From Dehalococcoidia bacterium (GTDB lineage Bacteria > Chloroflexota > Dehalococcoidia > UBA2979): a DNA stretch of 64,000 bases. The translations under genes and the position numbers were made by a program. Location: positions 6,821 to 70,820 of the forward strand of contig JAPYRK010000006.1 in the NCBI GenBank assembly GCA_029941115.1, given 5' to 3'. A model generated the notes under the pieces. It did no database searches and was not told where the DNA came from. It worked only from the letters and a program-made list of their open reading frames with translations. Positions 9,803 through 20,200 of this stretch are shown piece by piece. The first letter of the stretch is position 1. Each line of letters starts with the position of its first letter.

Positions 9803-10570
9803 ATGTTAGTTTTGCTATCGCCAGCTAAGGGTCAGAATTTCGAACCAACTGAGGCCGAAGTTCATGTGTCAGAACCCCGATTACTTTCAAAAAGTAACGA
9901 ATTGATCGAGATACTTCGCTTATACAGCCCGGACGAGCTTATGGCATTGATGAATGTCAGTGAGAAAATTGGAAATTTGACGGCGGAGCGTTTTGCCTCG
10001 TTCAGTACACCATTTAATGAGTCAAACGCGAAACCAGCTGCATTTGCATTTTCCGGTGATGTATATAAGGGTTTAGCGATTGATGATTTTACAGAAAATG
10101 ACCTTCAATTTGCTCAAGATCACGTACGGATTCTTTCGGGGTTGTATGGTGTGTTGAGACCTCTCGATCTTATACAACCCTACCGTTTAGAAATGGGAAC
10201 TCGTCTGGATACCGCGGCTGGCTCAGATTTATATCAATATTGGGGGTCTTCTATTTCAGATTGTCTGATGGCAGATCTAGAGGAACATGAAGACGATTTG
10301 GTTATTAACTTAGCATCTAATGAATATTTCAAGGCGGTGAATGGCGCAGACATCAGGGCTAATGTTAATACCCCAGTGTTCAAAGACTGGAAAAACGGTA
10401 GATACAAGATTATTTCGTTTTTTGCGAAAAATGCTCGAGGCGCTATGGCTAGGTGGATCACTAAGCAGCGGGCGGAGAAAGCCACAGATTTGTTTTATTT
10501 TGGAGAAGACGGTTACGAATATAGCGAAGAACTTTCCGCCCTAAATAGTCCTGTTTTTCTTCGTGGCTAG
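9803..10570 (+). CDS. yaaA: peroxide stress protein YaaA (UPF0246/DUF328)
   Basis: The MLVLLSPAKGQNF start and FAQDHVRILSGLYGVLRPLDLIQPYRLEMGTRLD are collinear with E. coli YaaA. Confidence 0.92.
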   Translation: MLVLLSPAKGQNFEPTEAEVHVSEPRLLSKSNELIEILRLYSPDELMALMNVSEKIGNLTAERFASFSTPFNESNAKPAAFAFSGDVYKGLAIDDFTENDLQFAQDHVRILSGLYGVLRPLDLIQPYRLEMGTRLDTAAGSDLYQYWGSSISDCLMADLEEHEDDLVINLASNEYFKAVNGADIRANVNTPVFKDWKNGRYKIISFFAKNARGAMARWITKQRAEKATDLFYFGEDGYEYSEELSALNSPVFLRG

Positions 10571-10852
10571 TTTCCGCAAATCTAGCGAATTGGATTTATT
10601 AATTTTAGCAAGTTGATGAAATGTACAGATTTATTGGCACTAATGTATAAGCGCCTATCCATTTGATATTGACAGGTCACTATAAAAAATTATACAGTTC
10701 AGTACCCAGTAGTTTTTACGCTTAAACGCTTGGGCGAGTGATCATTTAATAGCCAAATGTTTGAGTACGAGGTTGGCTTAGTTATTTGCCCAAGCCAAAG
10801 AGTAACCGGGGCATAATAATTATTGTGCCGATTAGTAACGAAGTAGGAGTAC

Positions 10853-13800
10853 TTGATGAAGATCAATCGTCGTTTTACAAAATCAGGTCAAAGTCCCTAC
10901 GATGGCGTTTCTTTTATAAAACGGGATTCTCGTATAACTGAATTTGATGGGACTCTGGTGTTTGAAGCAAAGGATATATCAATACCAGAATCCTTTTCTC
11001 AAGTCGCCACAGATGTAATGGCTCAGAAGTATTTTAGAAGAGCTGGGGTTCCAAGTGAGACAACAGCTGTCGCCGAAGAGGGAATCCCGGAATGGGCTCA
11101 GCGACGTGAACCTGCCGAGGGCAGTACTTTTGGTGGTGAGACGGATGCTCGACAATCATTTGATCGTTTGGGTTTGACGTGGGCTTATTGGGGATTAAAG
11201 AACAATTATTTCGACAGCGAAGAGGATGCTTTGGCATTTTCGGATGAAGTACGCCACATGATGGCTCGTCAAATGGTGGCACCAAATTCCCCTCAATGGT
11301 TTAACACCGGCCTGCACTGGGCATATGGAATCGAAGGCCCGTCTCAAGGTCACTGGTTTGTTGATCCTGAGTCAGCAGAGATGCGACCATCGACATCGGC
11401 ATATGAACGACCTCAACCTCATGCCTGTTTTATTCAGTCGGTAGCAGATGATCTCGTTAATAAAGGTGGAATTATGGACTTATGGACTCGTGAGGCACGA
11501 GTCTTTAAGTATGGTTCGGGCACAGGCTCAAATTTTTCGTCGATCAGAGGTGATAATGAGGGATTATCTGGTGGTGGACAGTCTTCAGGGTTGATGTCAT
11601 TCCTGAAGATTGGAGACAGATCTGCTGGAGCTATTAAATCAGGTGGAACAACACGCCGGGCGGCGAAGATGGTCATTTTGGATGTAGATCACCCAGATAT
11701 TGAGGAATTTATTGAATGGAAAGTGAAAGAAGAGCAAAAGGTAGCAGCTCTTGTCACTGGCTCAAAAATCACGCACCGACATTTAACTGATATTTTCAGA
11801 CTCGCCTCAGATGAAGAGGCTGGCGGTATCGATGTTACTGAGAATCAAGCTCTTCGAAAGGCTATCAGATCAGCGCGAGCTGATAGCGTGGTCGAATCAG
11901 TCATATCGAGAGTTCTTGATTTTGTTCACCAGGGTTATGTGGATATCGATTTTGATGAATTCGATTTGGATTGGCAAGGCGAAGCATATCAAACTGTTTC
12001 AGGACAAAACTCTAATAATTCGGTCCGCGTGACGGCTGATTTTTTGGACGCGGTGCGAAAGGATGATTCTTGGGATTTGATTCGAAGAACAGATGGTGAA
12101 GTTAGTAAAACTATTCGGGCAAGAGATCTCTGGTCAAAAGTCGCGCTAGCAGCATGGCAGAGCGCTGATCCTGGAGTTCAGTACGATTCGACAATTAACG
12201 AGTGGCACACTACACCTGCGGGTGGACGTATAAACGGATCAAATCCATGCTCCGAATATATGTTCCTTGATGATACGGCGTGTAATTTAGCATCACTTAA
12301 TTTGGCATCCTTTTATGATGCTGACACGAAGGCCTTTGATATAGCTGCCTATGAACATGGAATTCGATTATGGACAATTGTTCTGGAAATTTCGGTACTC
12401 ATGGCTCAATTTCCGTCGGAAGCGATTGCTCGGCGTTCGTATGACTATCGTACCTTAGGTCTTGGATATGCCAATCTTGGAGCTTTATTAATGCAGAAGG
12501 GCGTTGCGTATGATTCGCCAGAGGCCTTGGGCTTTGCGGGAACATTAACGGCTATTATGACTGGCTGCTCATACGCGACATCAGCTGAGATGGCTGGTGA
12601 GCTAGGTGCTTTTCCTCGGTATGAGGAGAATGACGGCGCAATGTTACGAGTCATGCGTAATCATCGAAGGGCTGCATACTCCTCGCCAGCTGATGATTAT
12701 GAAGAGTTAAGCGTACTTCCAGTAGCCATAAATGAAGCCCACGCGGATTCACAACTTCTTGATGCATCAATAAAATGGTGGGATTACGCAGTCGAATTAG
12801 GTGAAAGGCACGGTTACAGGAATGCTCAAACGACCCTTATAGCTCCAACTGGAACGATAGGTTTGTTGATGGACTGTGATACGACTGGAGTTGAGCCAGA
12901 CTTCGCACTAATTAAATTCAAAAAGTTAGCTGGTGGAGGATTCTTTAGAATTATTAATGAATCTGTGCCGGCTGCTCTAAAGGAATTGGGCTACGCAGAG
13001 ACCGAAGTCGATGATATTGTAAAGTACGCGATTGGATCGCATTCGATTAATAACTCCCCCCATGTGAATAGGCAGTCACTTAGTGAATTGGGTTTGTCCG
13101 AATTGGATTTAGGTAAAGTAGAAGAGGCTTTGGTTTGGGCCCCTCATGTTTCAGTCGCGGTGAATACGCTAGTAACTGAAAGTGAATTAATGAATGCTTT
13201 AGGAATTTCATCAGATGATTCGAGTGTTCCGGGTTTTGATCTGCTAACTGCGCTGGGCTTTGATGCTGTAGAGATTACACGAGCGAATGATTATATAAAC
13301 GGCCGAATGACAGTTGAAGGTGCTCCTCATTTACGTGATGATCATTTGGCCGTCTTTGATTGTGCAAATAAGTGTGGCGATTACGGAACAAGATACATTG
13401 AAGCAATGGCACATGTCAGAATGTTGGCAGCGGCACAACCGTTTTTGTCAGGAGCTATTTCAAAAACTATTAATATGCCAAGAGAGGCCACGGTTGGAGA
13501 GGTAACCGAGGTTTATGATGAGGCCGCGCGATTAGGTGTAAAAGCACTGGCACTATATCGTGATGGATCCAAGTTATCGCAACCATTGTCATCTGATAAG
13601 AGCATGTTGTTGTCGGGTGGCGCAGAATTTGAGGATACCGAGGAATTCACACAAGCGATTGTGGAATCGGCTGAGCGATTAATTGGACTGCGTCGTGGTC
13701 ATCGAGAAGATTTACCTAGTCGGAGGCCTGGTGGGTATACCCAAAAAGCCATGGTAGGTGGACACACTATTTATTTGCGAACGGGTGAATATCCCGAGAC

Positions 13801-14407
13801 CGGCGCTGATGGCCGGCCACGTTTAGGTGAAATATTTATTGATACGGCGAAGGATGGTGCAGCTTTTCGTAGTTTGATGAATTGTTTTGCAACCGCTGTT
13901 TCTGTGGGTTTGCAATATGGAGTTCCTCTTGAGACATTTGTTGATAAGTTTACGTTTAGAGCATTCGAACCAGCGGGCGTGGTACAAGGACATGATCGAA
14001 TTAAGAATGCCCGCTCGATTATTGACTATATATTTCGAGATCTAGGTGTGACATATCTTGGTATGGAGAATTTAGCGCATGTTCCTGAGGTTGAGGCAGA
14101 GGAACAAAGCACTTCGATTCACGCGGAGCCGGAAATGCTTCCGTCTGATTTAATTGAGGAACCAGATAATATTTCGGTCTTGGAATTTCCTGCCAGAGTA
14201 CCTGTGGTGGAGGAATCAGTAACTCCAGTAGTCAGCGGTGGAAATAATTTCCCCTCGACGGACTCAACACTCTTAGCACAACAGACAGAGGCAAAGCGAT
14301 ATGGGTTTGAAGGTGATGCTTGTGCAATGTGTGGTGAATTTAAGATGGTAAGATCTGGCACCTGCTTGAAGTGTATGGTTTGCGGAGAGACTACAGGGTG
14401 TAGCTAG
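10853..14407 (+). CDS. nrdJ: ribonucleotide reductase class II, adenosylcobalamin-dependent (long form with C-terminal Cys-rich Zn ribbon)
   Basis: 1184 aa with an RNR ten-stranded barrel region ([20 protein letters not shown] active-site stretch) and a C-terminal CAMCGE...[13 protein letters not shown] motif. Confidence 0.93.
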   Translation: MMKINRRFTKSGQSPYDGVSFIKRDSRITEFDGTLVFEAKDISIPESFSQVATDVMAQKYFRRAGVPSETTAVAEEGIPEWAQRREPAEGSTFGGETDARQSFDRLGLTWAYWGLKNNYFDSEEDALAFSDEVRHMMARQMVAPNSPQWFNTGLHWAYGIEGPSQGHWFVDPESAEMRPSTSAYERPQPHACFIQSVADDLVNKGGIMDLWTREARVFKYGSGTGSNFSSIRGDNEGLSGGGQSSGLMSFLKIGDRSAGAIKSGGTTRRAAKMVILDVDHPDIEEFIEWKVKEEQKVAALVTGSKITHRHLTDIFRLASDEEAGGIDVTENQALRKAIRSARADSVVESVISRVLDFVHQGYVDIDFDEFDLDWQGEAYQTVSGQNSNNSVRVTADFLDAVRKDDSWDLIRRTDGEVSKTIRARDLWSKVALAAWQSADPGVQYDSTINEWHTTPAGGRINGSNPCSEYMFLDDTACNLASLNLASFYDADTKAFDIAAYEHGIRLWTIVLEISVLMAQFPSEAIARRSYDYRTLGLGYANLGALLMQKGVAYDSPEALGFAGTLTAIMTGCSYATSAEMAGELGAFPRYEENDGAMLRVMRNHRRAAYSSPADDYEELSVLPVAINEAHADSQLLDASIKWWDYAVELGERHGYRNAQTTLIAPTGTIGLLMDCDTTGVEPDFALIKFKKLAGGGFFRIINESVPAALKELGYAETEVDDIVKYAIGSHSINNSPHVNRQSLSELGLSELDLGKVEEALVWAPHVSVAVNTLVTESELMNALGISSDDSSVPGFDLLTALGFDAVEITRANDYINGRMTVEGAPHLRDDHLAVFDCANKCGDYGTRYIEAMAHVRMLAAAQPFLSGAISKTINMPREATVGEVTEVYDEAARLGVKALALYRDGSKLSQPLSSDKSMLLSGGAEFEDTEEFTQAIVESAERLIGLRRGHREDLPSRRPGGYTQKAMVGGHTIYLRTGEYPETGADGRPRLGEIFIDTAKDGAAFRSLMNCFATAVSVGLQYGVPLETFVDKFTFRAFEPAGVVQGHDRIKNARSIIDYIFRDLGVTYLGMENLAHVPEVEAEEQSTSIHAEPEMLPSDLIEEPDNISVLEFPARVPVVEESVTPVVSGGNNFPSTDSTLLAQQTEAKRYGFEGDACAMCGEFKMVRSGTCLKCMVCGETTGCS

Positions 14408-15717
14408 GCTGATATTTCGTCGATTTTGGAAGGAATTGCTTCCGATAGATTTCGTCGGCCAGTTCTTGTGACGAGAATGTCGTCCTCAATTCGTATGCCG
14501 ATTCCCTTGAGTTCTTTGGGTATGCCGTCAATATTCGTCGGGAAATAAAGGCCTGGTTCGACTGTGAGTACCATCCCGGATTTTAGTTTTACAGGAGTCT
14601 GGTCGGGATTGCTGTAATTACCCACATCATGGACGTCAAGACCTAACCAATGGCTGGTTCCGTGCATGTAAAACGGCCGATATGCAAAAGATTTCTCAAT
14701 ACTTTTTCGGGTGCCTTTGAGAACCTTGAGATCTTTTAGTCCATCTATTAGGACTCGGACAGCTGCTTCGTGGGGCTCATAGAAAGTCATGCCAGGTCTT
14801 ACAGATTCAATGGCGGTTTGTTGAGCCGACAAAACGATTTCGTAGACATCTTTTTGCGCTGAGGTGAATTTTCCACTAGCCGGATATGTTCGACTTACGT
14901 CAGCGGAATACAAATCCCACTCTGCACCAGTGTCGAGTAAAAGTAGGTCTCCATTTTTAATGCGCGCGCGGTTAGCAGTGTAGTGGAGCGTACAGGAATT
15001 ATTACCAGCCGCAACGATAGATGGGAAGCCGTCACGGGGTGACCCGAGTCTTCGATATTCGGACTCGAGAATTGCTTGAACTTCGTATTCCGTTTTCCCA
15101 GTTTTAGATAGGTGCTCGACGTTGGCTAGCCCAGCCGAGGTGATATTTATTGCTTCTTGGATAGCGCTAATTTCACTACTTGATTTAATTACTCTTAAGT
15201 TATCAATTGTTTCTTGAGGATCTCGTAATGCGGTAAGTGACGCACCACCTCTTTGTCGTCCATCGCGTCTCTCTACAATTTGATCTTTGATCAGTTGATC
15301 AATAGTGGAATTTGCGCCGACACTATACCAAACATCGTTACTCATTTTGATGAGTTTTGGCAATTCCGAGGAGAGTTCGTTAATATCGAATGTCTGATTG
15401 GCATCATACTGACTAATCGCCTTTCTTAGTCCTATTCTCGGGCCTACCCATGTTTCCATGACGGGGTCATGCTTTCGGACAAAGAGGGTGTAAGGCTTGT
15501 TACTGCCAGGTGCGAATACCGCTACGCAGCTTGGTTCCGGGAAGCCTGTTAGATAATGAAATGAAGAGTTCTGCCGAAAGGGAAAATAGACGTCGCCGTT
15601 TCGGATTACTTCTTCACCTGAAACTAATATGGCAATGTTTCCATCACCTATTTTTTTCATGAACTGATTTCTACGGTTAGTGAACTCTTCTCGAGGGATA
15701 GTATTATTTGAACTCAT
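14404..15717 (-). CDS. pepP: Xaa-Pro aminopeptidase (M24B family)
   Basis: [15 protein letters not shown] and the C-terminal pita-bread metal ligands; 437 aa. Confidence 0.88.
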   Translation of the reverse strand: MSSNNTIPREEFTNRRNQFMKKIGDGNIAILVSGEEVIRNGDVYFPFRQNSSFHYLTGFPEPSCVAVFAPGSNKPYTLFVRKHDPVMETWVGPRIGLRKAISQYDANQTFDINELSSELPKLIKMSNDVWYSVGANSTIDQLIKDQIVERRDGRQRGGASLTALRDPQETIDNLRVIKSSSEISAIQEAINITSAGLANVEHLSKTGKTEYEVQAILESEYRRLGSPRDGFPSIVAAGNNSCTLHYTANRARIKNGDLLLLDTGAEWDLYSADVSRTYPASGKFTSAQKDVYEIVLSAQQTAIESVRPGMTFYEPHEAAVRVLIDGLKDLKVLKGTRKSIEKSFAYRPFYMHGTSHWLGLDVHDVGNYSNPDQTPVKLKSGMVLTVEPGLYFPTNIDGIPKELKGIGIRIEDDILVTRTGRRNLSEAIPSKIDEISA

Positions 15718-15728
15718 AGAGCAAAATA

Positions 15729-16544
15729 CTATCTGAAAATATCACCGGCTGCACTTATACCAATAATAATTAGTCCAATTGCGAGAGCTCGCATCAGGCT
15801 TCCTTCACCAGTTCGCTGTCGGAGCTTTATGGCGATTGGTGCTGCGATGAAGAGGCCAGTTGCGAGCCAGGGAATATCGTTGAGTGGTGAGCCACCCACG
15901 TTATTAAGGAAATGGATACCTGTGACGCTAAGAGACTGTATGAGTATTAATAAATGCATACTGGGTACCGCTATATTGTGCGGTACTCGCTGTACGCGAG
16001 TCATGACAGGTATACCGATTGGGCCGCCCCCGATACCAGCTAGGGCTGACAAAAATGCAGTTCCGACTTGTGCGACTCCAGATCGAATGATAGGAATAGA
16101 GTAGGAATAGAGATTTCCTTGTCTATCTTTAATTTTTCTAGGCCAACCGTCACTGGGCATGAAATCTTCAACCGTCGTTGGTCGGAAAATTATATAGATA
16201 CCGATTAAAACCAAGAACATTCCGAACGCGAACGAAAAATAGATACGGTCGATTAATCCTGTAGTCAGACCTCCAAGAATGGCGGCTGGTACTCCTATCA
16301 CCGCGAGCAAGAGAATGAGTTTTCCGTCAATTCTTCGGTCTCGAATCGTGAGTAGGACTTGGATAGCCGAGTTAATTATCACATAAATTAATGTAGCGGC
16401 GGTAATCTCAGTCGGAGTGGCGGCGGGATGTCGCAGTAGCAGGATGGGGGCTATCAAGAATCCCCCACCTGCACCGATGGCTCCGGCATAAATTCCTATT
16501 ACCGCGCCCAACACTATGAGCAAAATAGGATCGCTGAATTCCAT
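15729..16544 (-). CDS. sulfite exporter TauE/SafE family membrane protein
   Basis: 271 aa with two halves of four TM each and the glycine-rich GAGGG motifs of the TauE/SafE family. Confidence 0.75.
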   Translation of the reverse strand: MEFSDPILLIVLGAVIGIYAGAIGAGGGFLIAPILLLRHPAATPTEITAATLIYVIINSAIQVLLTIRDRRIDGKLILLLAVIGVPAAILGGLTTGLIDRIYFSFAFGMFLVLIGIYIIFRPTTVEDFMPSDGWPRKIKDRQGNLYSYSIPIIRSGVAQVGTAFLSALAGIGGGPIGIPVMTRVQRVPHNIAVPSMHLLILIQSLSVTGIHFLNNVGGSPLNDIPWLATGLFIAAPIAIKLRQRTGEGSLMRALAIGLIIIGISAAGDIFR

Positions 16545-16565
16545 CAGTAAACTGATGGGTTCTTA

Positions 16566-17927
16566 TTATTGGGCAGAGCGAAGAAATTCTGGCAAAAGAT
16601 GATCTGGATATCTGTCTCCTACATGACCTTGCTCGAGTAACTCTTTATATTCTAGGTCACTATAGCCAAGCAATTCCTTATATATCTCCTCACTATGCTC
16701 GCCGAGCCTTGGGGGAGGTGTACGCAGCGTGTTTGGTGTGTTGATCCATTTAGTCATTATTCCGGGATAGCGATAGTTTCCGATTACGGGCGAGTCTAGT
16801 TCTTCAAAAAAGCCGCGATCGATGAGCTGCGGTGAATTAAGGAGTTCAACGTCGTCAGTGACTGGACCAGCGCAAACTCCGGCTCGTTGCAGTTGCTCAA
16901 ATAGTTCGTACTTGTCAATATCGATTGTGTATTTTGTAAGCTCTTCGTGTAGGGCGTCACGATTCTTGAATCGTGATAACTGCGTTGTGAATTTTTCGTT
17001 TTCCTTTAGCAAGTCGGCATCGAGTACGTCGCACAGTGTCCGCCATTCGCTATCTTCTGACACGTCTATCGCAATCCACTGGTCCACACCGAGGGTAGGA
17101 AAGACTCCATGCGGAGCGTGGGAATGATGAGTATTTCCTTGTGGCCCTGCCACTCGTTGATTCATTTCGAAGTCAAGAATAAATTCGCCTAGATTGGGTA
17201 GAAATCCCTCCGCTAGTGGCATTTCTATCTGCTGACCTTGACCTGTTATGTCCCGAAAACGCAGCGCAGCAGTGATTACGGTAGCACCAAGTATGCCGGC
17301 AAAAGCATCTGCGGTGAATGCCTCCCCGGTCTGATCCGGAGTCCCGTCGGGATAGCCGCGTAGGTAGTGGTGGCCAATCATTGCTTCAACATGTGTACCA
17401 AATGCGCGATAACCTTTGTACGGGCCGGACAGGCCATATGCCGGCATTCGAAGCATAATGAGTCGTGGGTTTATTTCTTTTAGCGTATCGTAGGTGATAC
17501 CTGCTTTTTCTATAGTTGTGGGAACATTGTTTTCAACGAGCACATCGACTTCTTTTATAAGTTTTAGGAAAGCTTGTTTACCTTCACTCGTCATGATGTT
17601 GCATGCCATCGATTTCTTGTTTCGGCTATGTGAATTAAATCCAGGGTTCCTGTTCCAAGGTTCATCACCGGGGTCGAAGTCAGGATATGCACTTAGTGTG
17701 ATTCCATTATTCGCCATTTCAATGAGTTGCTCCCGAGGGGCAATGCGTTCAGCTCCTCTTGAATAGGGCTGAATTGCATCTACTGGTTCCACTCGAATAA
17801 CCTCTGCTCCCCATTCGGCGAGAACTTGAGTGCAGTGCGGGCCCGCCCAAACTACCGTGATCGCTGCAACTCTAACCCCATCTAATGGTAGATCAGGCCT
17901 AGTTGAAGTCTCTTGTTTAGTTGCCAT
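16566..17927 (-). CDS. CoA-transferase family III (CaiB/BaiF)
   Basis: N-terminal LDGVRV..ITVVWAGP, central conserved Asp region and the overall ~450 aa architecture. Confidence 0.85.
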   Translation of the reverse strand: MATKQETSTRPDLPLDGVRVAAITVVWAGPHCTQVLAEWGAEVIRVEPVDAIQPYSRGAERIAPREQLIEMANNGITLSAYPDFDPGDEPWNRNPGFNSHSRNKKSMACNIMTSEGKQAFLKLIKEVDVLVENNVPTTIEKAGITYDTLKEINPRLIMLRMPAYGLSGPYKGYRAFGTHVEAMIGHHYLRGYPDGTPDQTGEAFTADAFAGILGATVITAALRFRDITGQGQQIEMPLAEGFLPNLGEFILDFEMNQRVAGPQGNTHHSHAPHGVFPTLGVDQWIAIDVSEDSEWRTLCDVLDADLLKENEKFTTQLSRFKNRDALHEELTKYTIDIDKYELFEQLQRAGVCAGPVTDDVELLNSPQLIDRGFFEELDSPVIGNYRYPGIMTKWINTPNTLRTPPPRLGEHSEEIYKELLGYSDLEYKELLEQGHVGDRYPDHLLPEFLRSAQ

Positions 17928-17940
17928 AATTAGTTAACCC

Positions 17941-19149
17941 TTAAATCACTTTTGTCCGACGTAATTGAACTATGTCGGAATCGGTGTAACCCATATCCGA
18001 AAGAACGCTAACGGTATGCTCGCCTAGTAACGGAGCGCGTTTCATTTGTTTTCGAGTCGCGCCCGAAGTGACAAAATGGCGTCCAGGGTAGCGGATACTG
18101 CCTGTTTCAGGATGCTCGACTTCCTCCCAGACGTTTCTCTCTTGATAGTGTGGGTCATTGAGGAGATCTTCCACGGTCAGTATTGCTCCACCCAGAATTC
18201 CAATGGATTGCGTAGCTGCTACAGCTTCTCGTTTTGTCCGTTCGATTAGCCAAATGGCATATGACGCTTCCATTTCTTCAATGAATGTCGTCGACATTTG
18301 CATGAACGGTTTTTTTGCATCAGGTTGTTCCGCTAAATCTTCGCGACCAATAAGTCGCAGAAATTCAGGGACATGCTTGCTGGGTCCAGCCATTATATTG
18401 GCGTATCCGTCTTGTGCCGGACGTGGCCCAGAGGCAACTCTACCTAATGATCCACCGCGCTTATTGCTCCTCCCTGTATAGGATGCAGATGTGAGGCCGG
18501 GAGCTCTTCTGTCGCGAAATCCAGCTTGAGCCTCATAGACAGACTGATCAATATGATCACCGGATCCACCGCGCTCGACTCGTAAACGAGCTAGCACGCA
18601 CGCATATGTGAGCGACAATCCGGCATGATAATGTGCTAGATTTCCTCCAAGCTTGATGGGTTCCTTGGCTGGGTCACCATTCATATGCAGTGGACCGGCC
18701 ATTGCTTGAAGAACCAGCTCAGATCCTTTGAAATCTCTCCAAGGTCCAGTTTGTCCGAACGGAGTAAGCGATCCCAGTACTAGATCTGTTCGATTCGAAG
18801 TAAGTACCTTGTACCCCAAACCAAGTGACTCGAGGGTTCCGGGATTGAAATTTTCAATCACTATGTCATGGGAGTCGATCAGGGAGCGAATTATATCTTT
18901 TCCGTTCGGTTTAGCTAGATCACACGTGATCGATCGCTTGTTAGTGTTTAAATGCAAAAAAAGAGCTGAAGTTTCTTTGTTTGGAATGTCGTTTAGAAAA
19001 GGACCTTCTGCACGCGAAGGATCCCCGTCTGGTGGTTCAACCTTGAGGACATCGGCGCCGTAATCGGCGAAGAGCTTCCCTGAGTATGGAACACCAACCA
19101 TCGTACCCAGTTCGAGTACCCTTATGCCTTCAAATAGTTGCCTAGTCAT
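17941..19149 (-). CDS. CoA-transferase family III (CaiB/BaiF)
   Basis: FEGIRVLELGTMVGVPYSGKLFADYGADVLKVEPP is the canonical family III N-terminus. It lies adjacent to a paralogue. Confidence 0.85.
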   Translation of the reverse strand: MTRQLFEGIRVLELGTMVGVPYSGKLFADYGADVLKVEPPDGDPSRAEGPFLNDIPNKETSALFLHLNTNKRSITCDLAKPNGKDIIRSLIDSHDIVIENFNPGTLESLGLGYKVLTSNRTDLVLGSLTPFGQTGPWRDFKGSELVLQAMAGPLHMNGDPAKEPIKLGGNLAHYHAGLSLTYACVLARLRVERGGSGDHIDQSVYEAQAGFRDRRAPGLTSASYTGRSNKRGGSLGRVASGPRPAQDGYANIMAGPSKHVPEFLRLIGREDLAEQPDAKKPFMQMSTTFIEEMEASYAIWLIERTKREAVAATQSIGILGGAILTVEDLLNDPHYQERNVWEEVEHPETGSIRYPGRHFVTSGATRKQMKRAPLLGEHTVSVLSDMGYTDSDIVQLRRTKVI

Positions 19150-19189
19150 TTATCGAACCGTAAACCTTCATCACTTCACAAAGTGCACA

Positions 19190-20122
19190 TTAATAGCCCT
19201 TGAAGTCTGGAGCTCGCCGCTCAACAAATGAGCGAAAACCTTCTTTCGCATCACTCGTTTTTAGTAATCCCGCCTGAGCATTCCATTCATGTATCAGCCA
19301 TTGTTCCGCAGATCCTGATGTATCTAATGACGAATGCAAGAGGCGTCGAATCTCTGCTGCCGCGAGTGGTGGACCAGCCGCAACTCTCCGCGCATAGTCG
19401 ATGGCCTCTGATAGGAGGTCCTCGTCTTCAACAACCCTGTTTACTAGGCCAAGTTCAAGCAATTTATCATATGGCATTACATCACTGTGATACATAACTT
19501 CGAAAGCCCGAGCTGATCCGACTACTCGAGGAAGAAACCAGAGCACACCATAATCTGAGACGATTCCGCGTTTGAAAAAAATTGGTCCCATTCGCGCTGA
19601 TTTCCCCGCGATCCGAACGTCACACGCCATTGCCATGCCAAATCCAGCGCCTGCTGTCGCTCCGTTGATAGCACCGATTATCGGGACATCAGATTTAATG
19701 AAACTTAACGCTGTTGAGACTGATCTGTTGTGATGTGGCAGGCGTTCGTGTCGTGGAAGGCTGGGAACAGCGTCACTTGACTCTTGGCTTGAATCTGCCG
19801 GTGTACGATCAGGTGTGATTTCGGCTCCTGCACAGAAGGCACGACCACTCCCCGTTAGTACCATAGCTCTGACTGAATCTTCTTTTGAAGCGAACGCTAA
19901 TGCGGCTCCCAGACCTTGTCCAAGGGTTGCATTGAGCGAGTTCATTTGCTCAGGGCGGTTGAATGTCGTAACGAGCACTCCTTCATCATCGAGTTCCGCA
20001 ATAACGTCACCTTTTGAGATATCTTGGATACTGTCTATTATTTTGCTCATGAGCTCCCTCGTAAAGTGTCTTATAGTTGACCGGTCTTTATGTTGTGAGA
20101 GTGTAGCCTGTCTGGGCGGCAT
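19190..20122 (-). CDS. enoyl-CoA hydratase/isomerase (crotonase) family protein with low-complexity insertion
   Basis: AFCAGAEI ... GAINGATAGAGFGMAMACDVRIAG oxyanion-hole segments. An insert of about 45 aa rich in Ser/Pro lies between them. Confidence 0.8.
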   Translation of the reverse strand: MPPRQATLSQHKDRSTIRHFTRELMSKIIDSIQDISKGDVIAELDDEGVLVTTFNRPEQMNSLNATLGQGLGAALAFASKEDSVRAMVLTGSGRAFCAGAEITPDRTPADSSQESSDAVPSLPRHERLPHHNRSVSTALSFIKSDVPIIGAINGATAGAGFGMAMACDVRIAGKSARMGPIFFKRGIVSDYGVLWFLPRVVGSARAFEVMYHSDVMPYDKLLELGLVNRVVEDEDLLSEAIDYARRVAAGPPLAAAEIRRLLHSSLDTSGSAEQWLIHEWNAQAGLLKTSDAKEGFRSFVERRAPDFKGY

Positions 20123-20200
20123 CCGTGAGTGCCTGATGTTCTAAAGAATGGGAATAGTTGCTTTTTCTTATTTTTAAGGCCATGCTAGTCAATTATTGGA

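Noticed and set aside
10571-10852. Possible NrdR box or sigma70 promoter upstream of nrdJ
   Set aside because: A TTGACA hexamer is present (about 10670). No convincing 16 bp NrdR palindrome (acaCwAtATaTwGtgt) and no well-spaced -10 could be identified by eye, so this is not reported as a feature.
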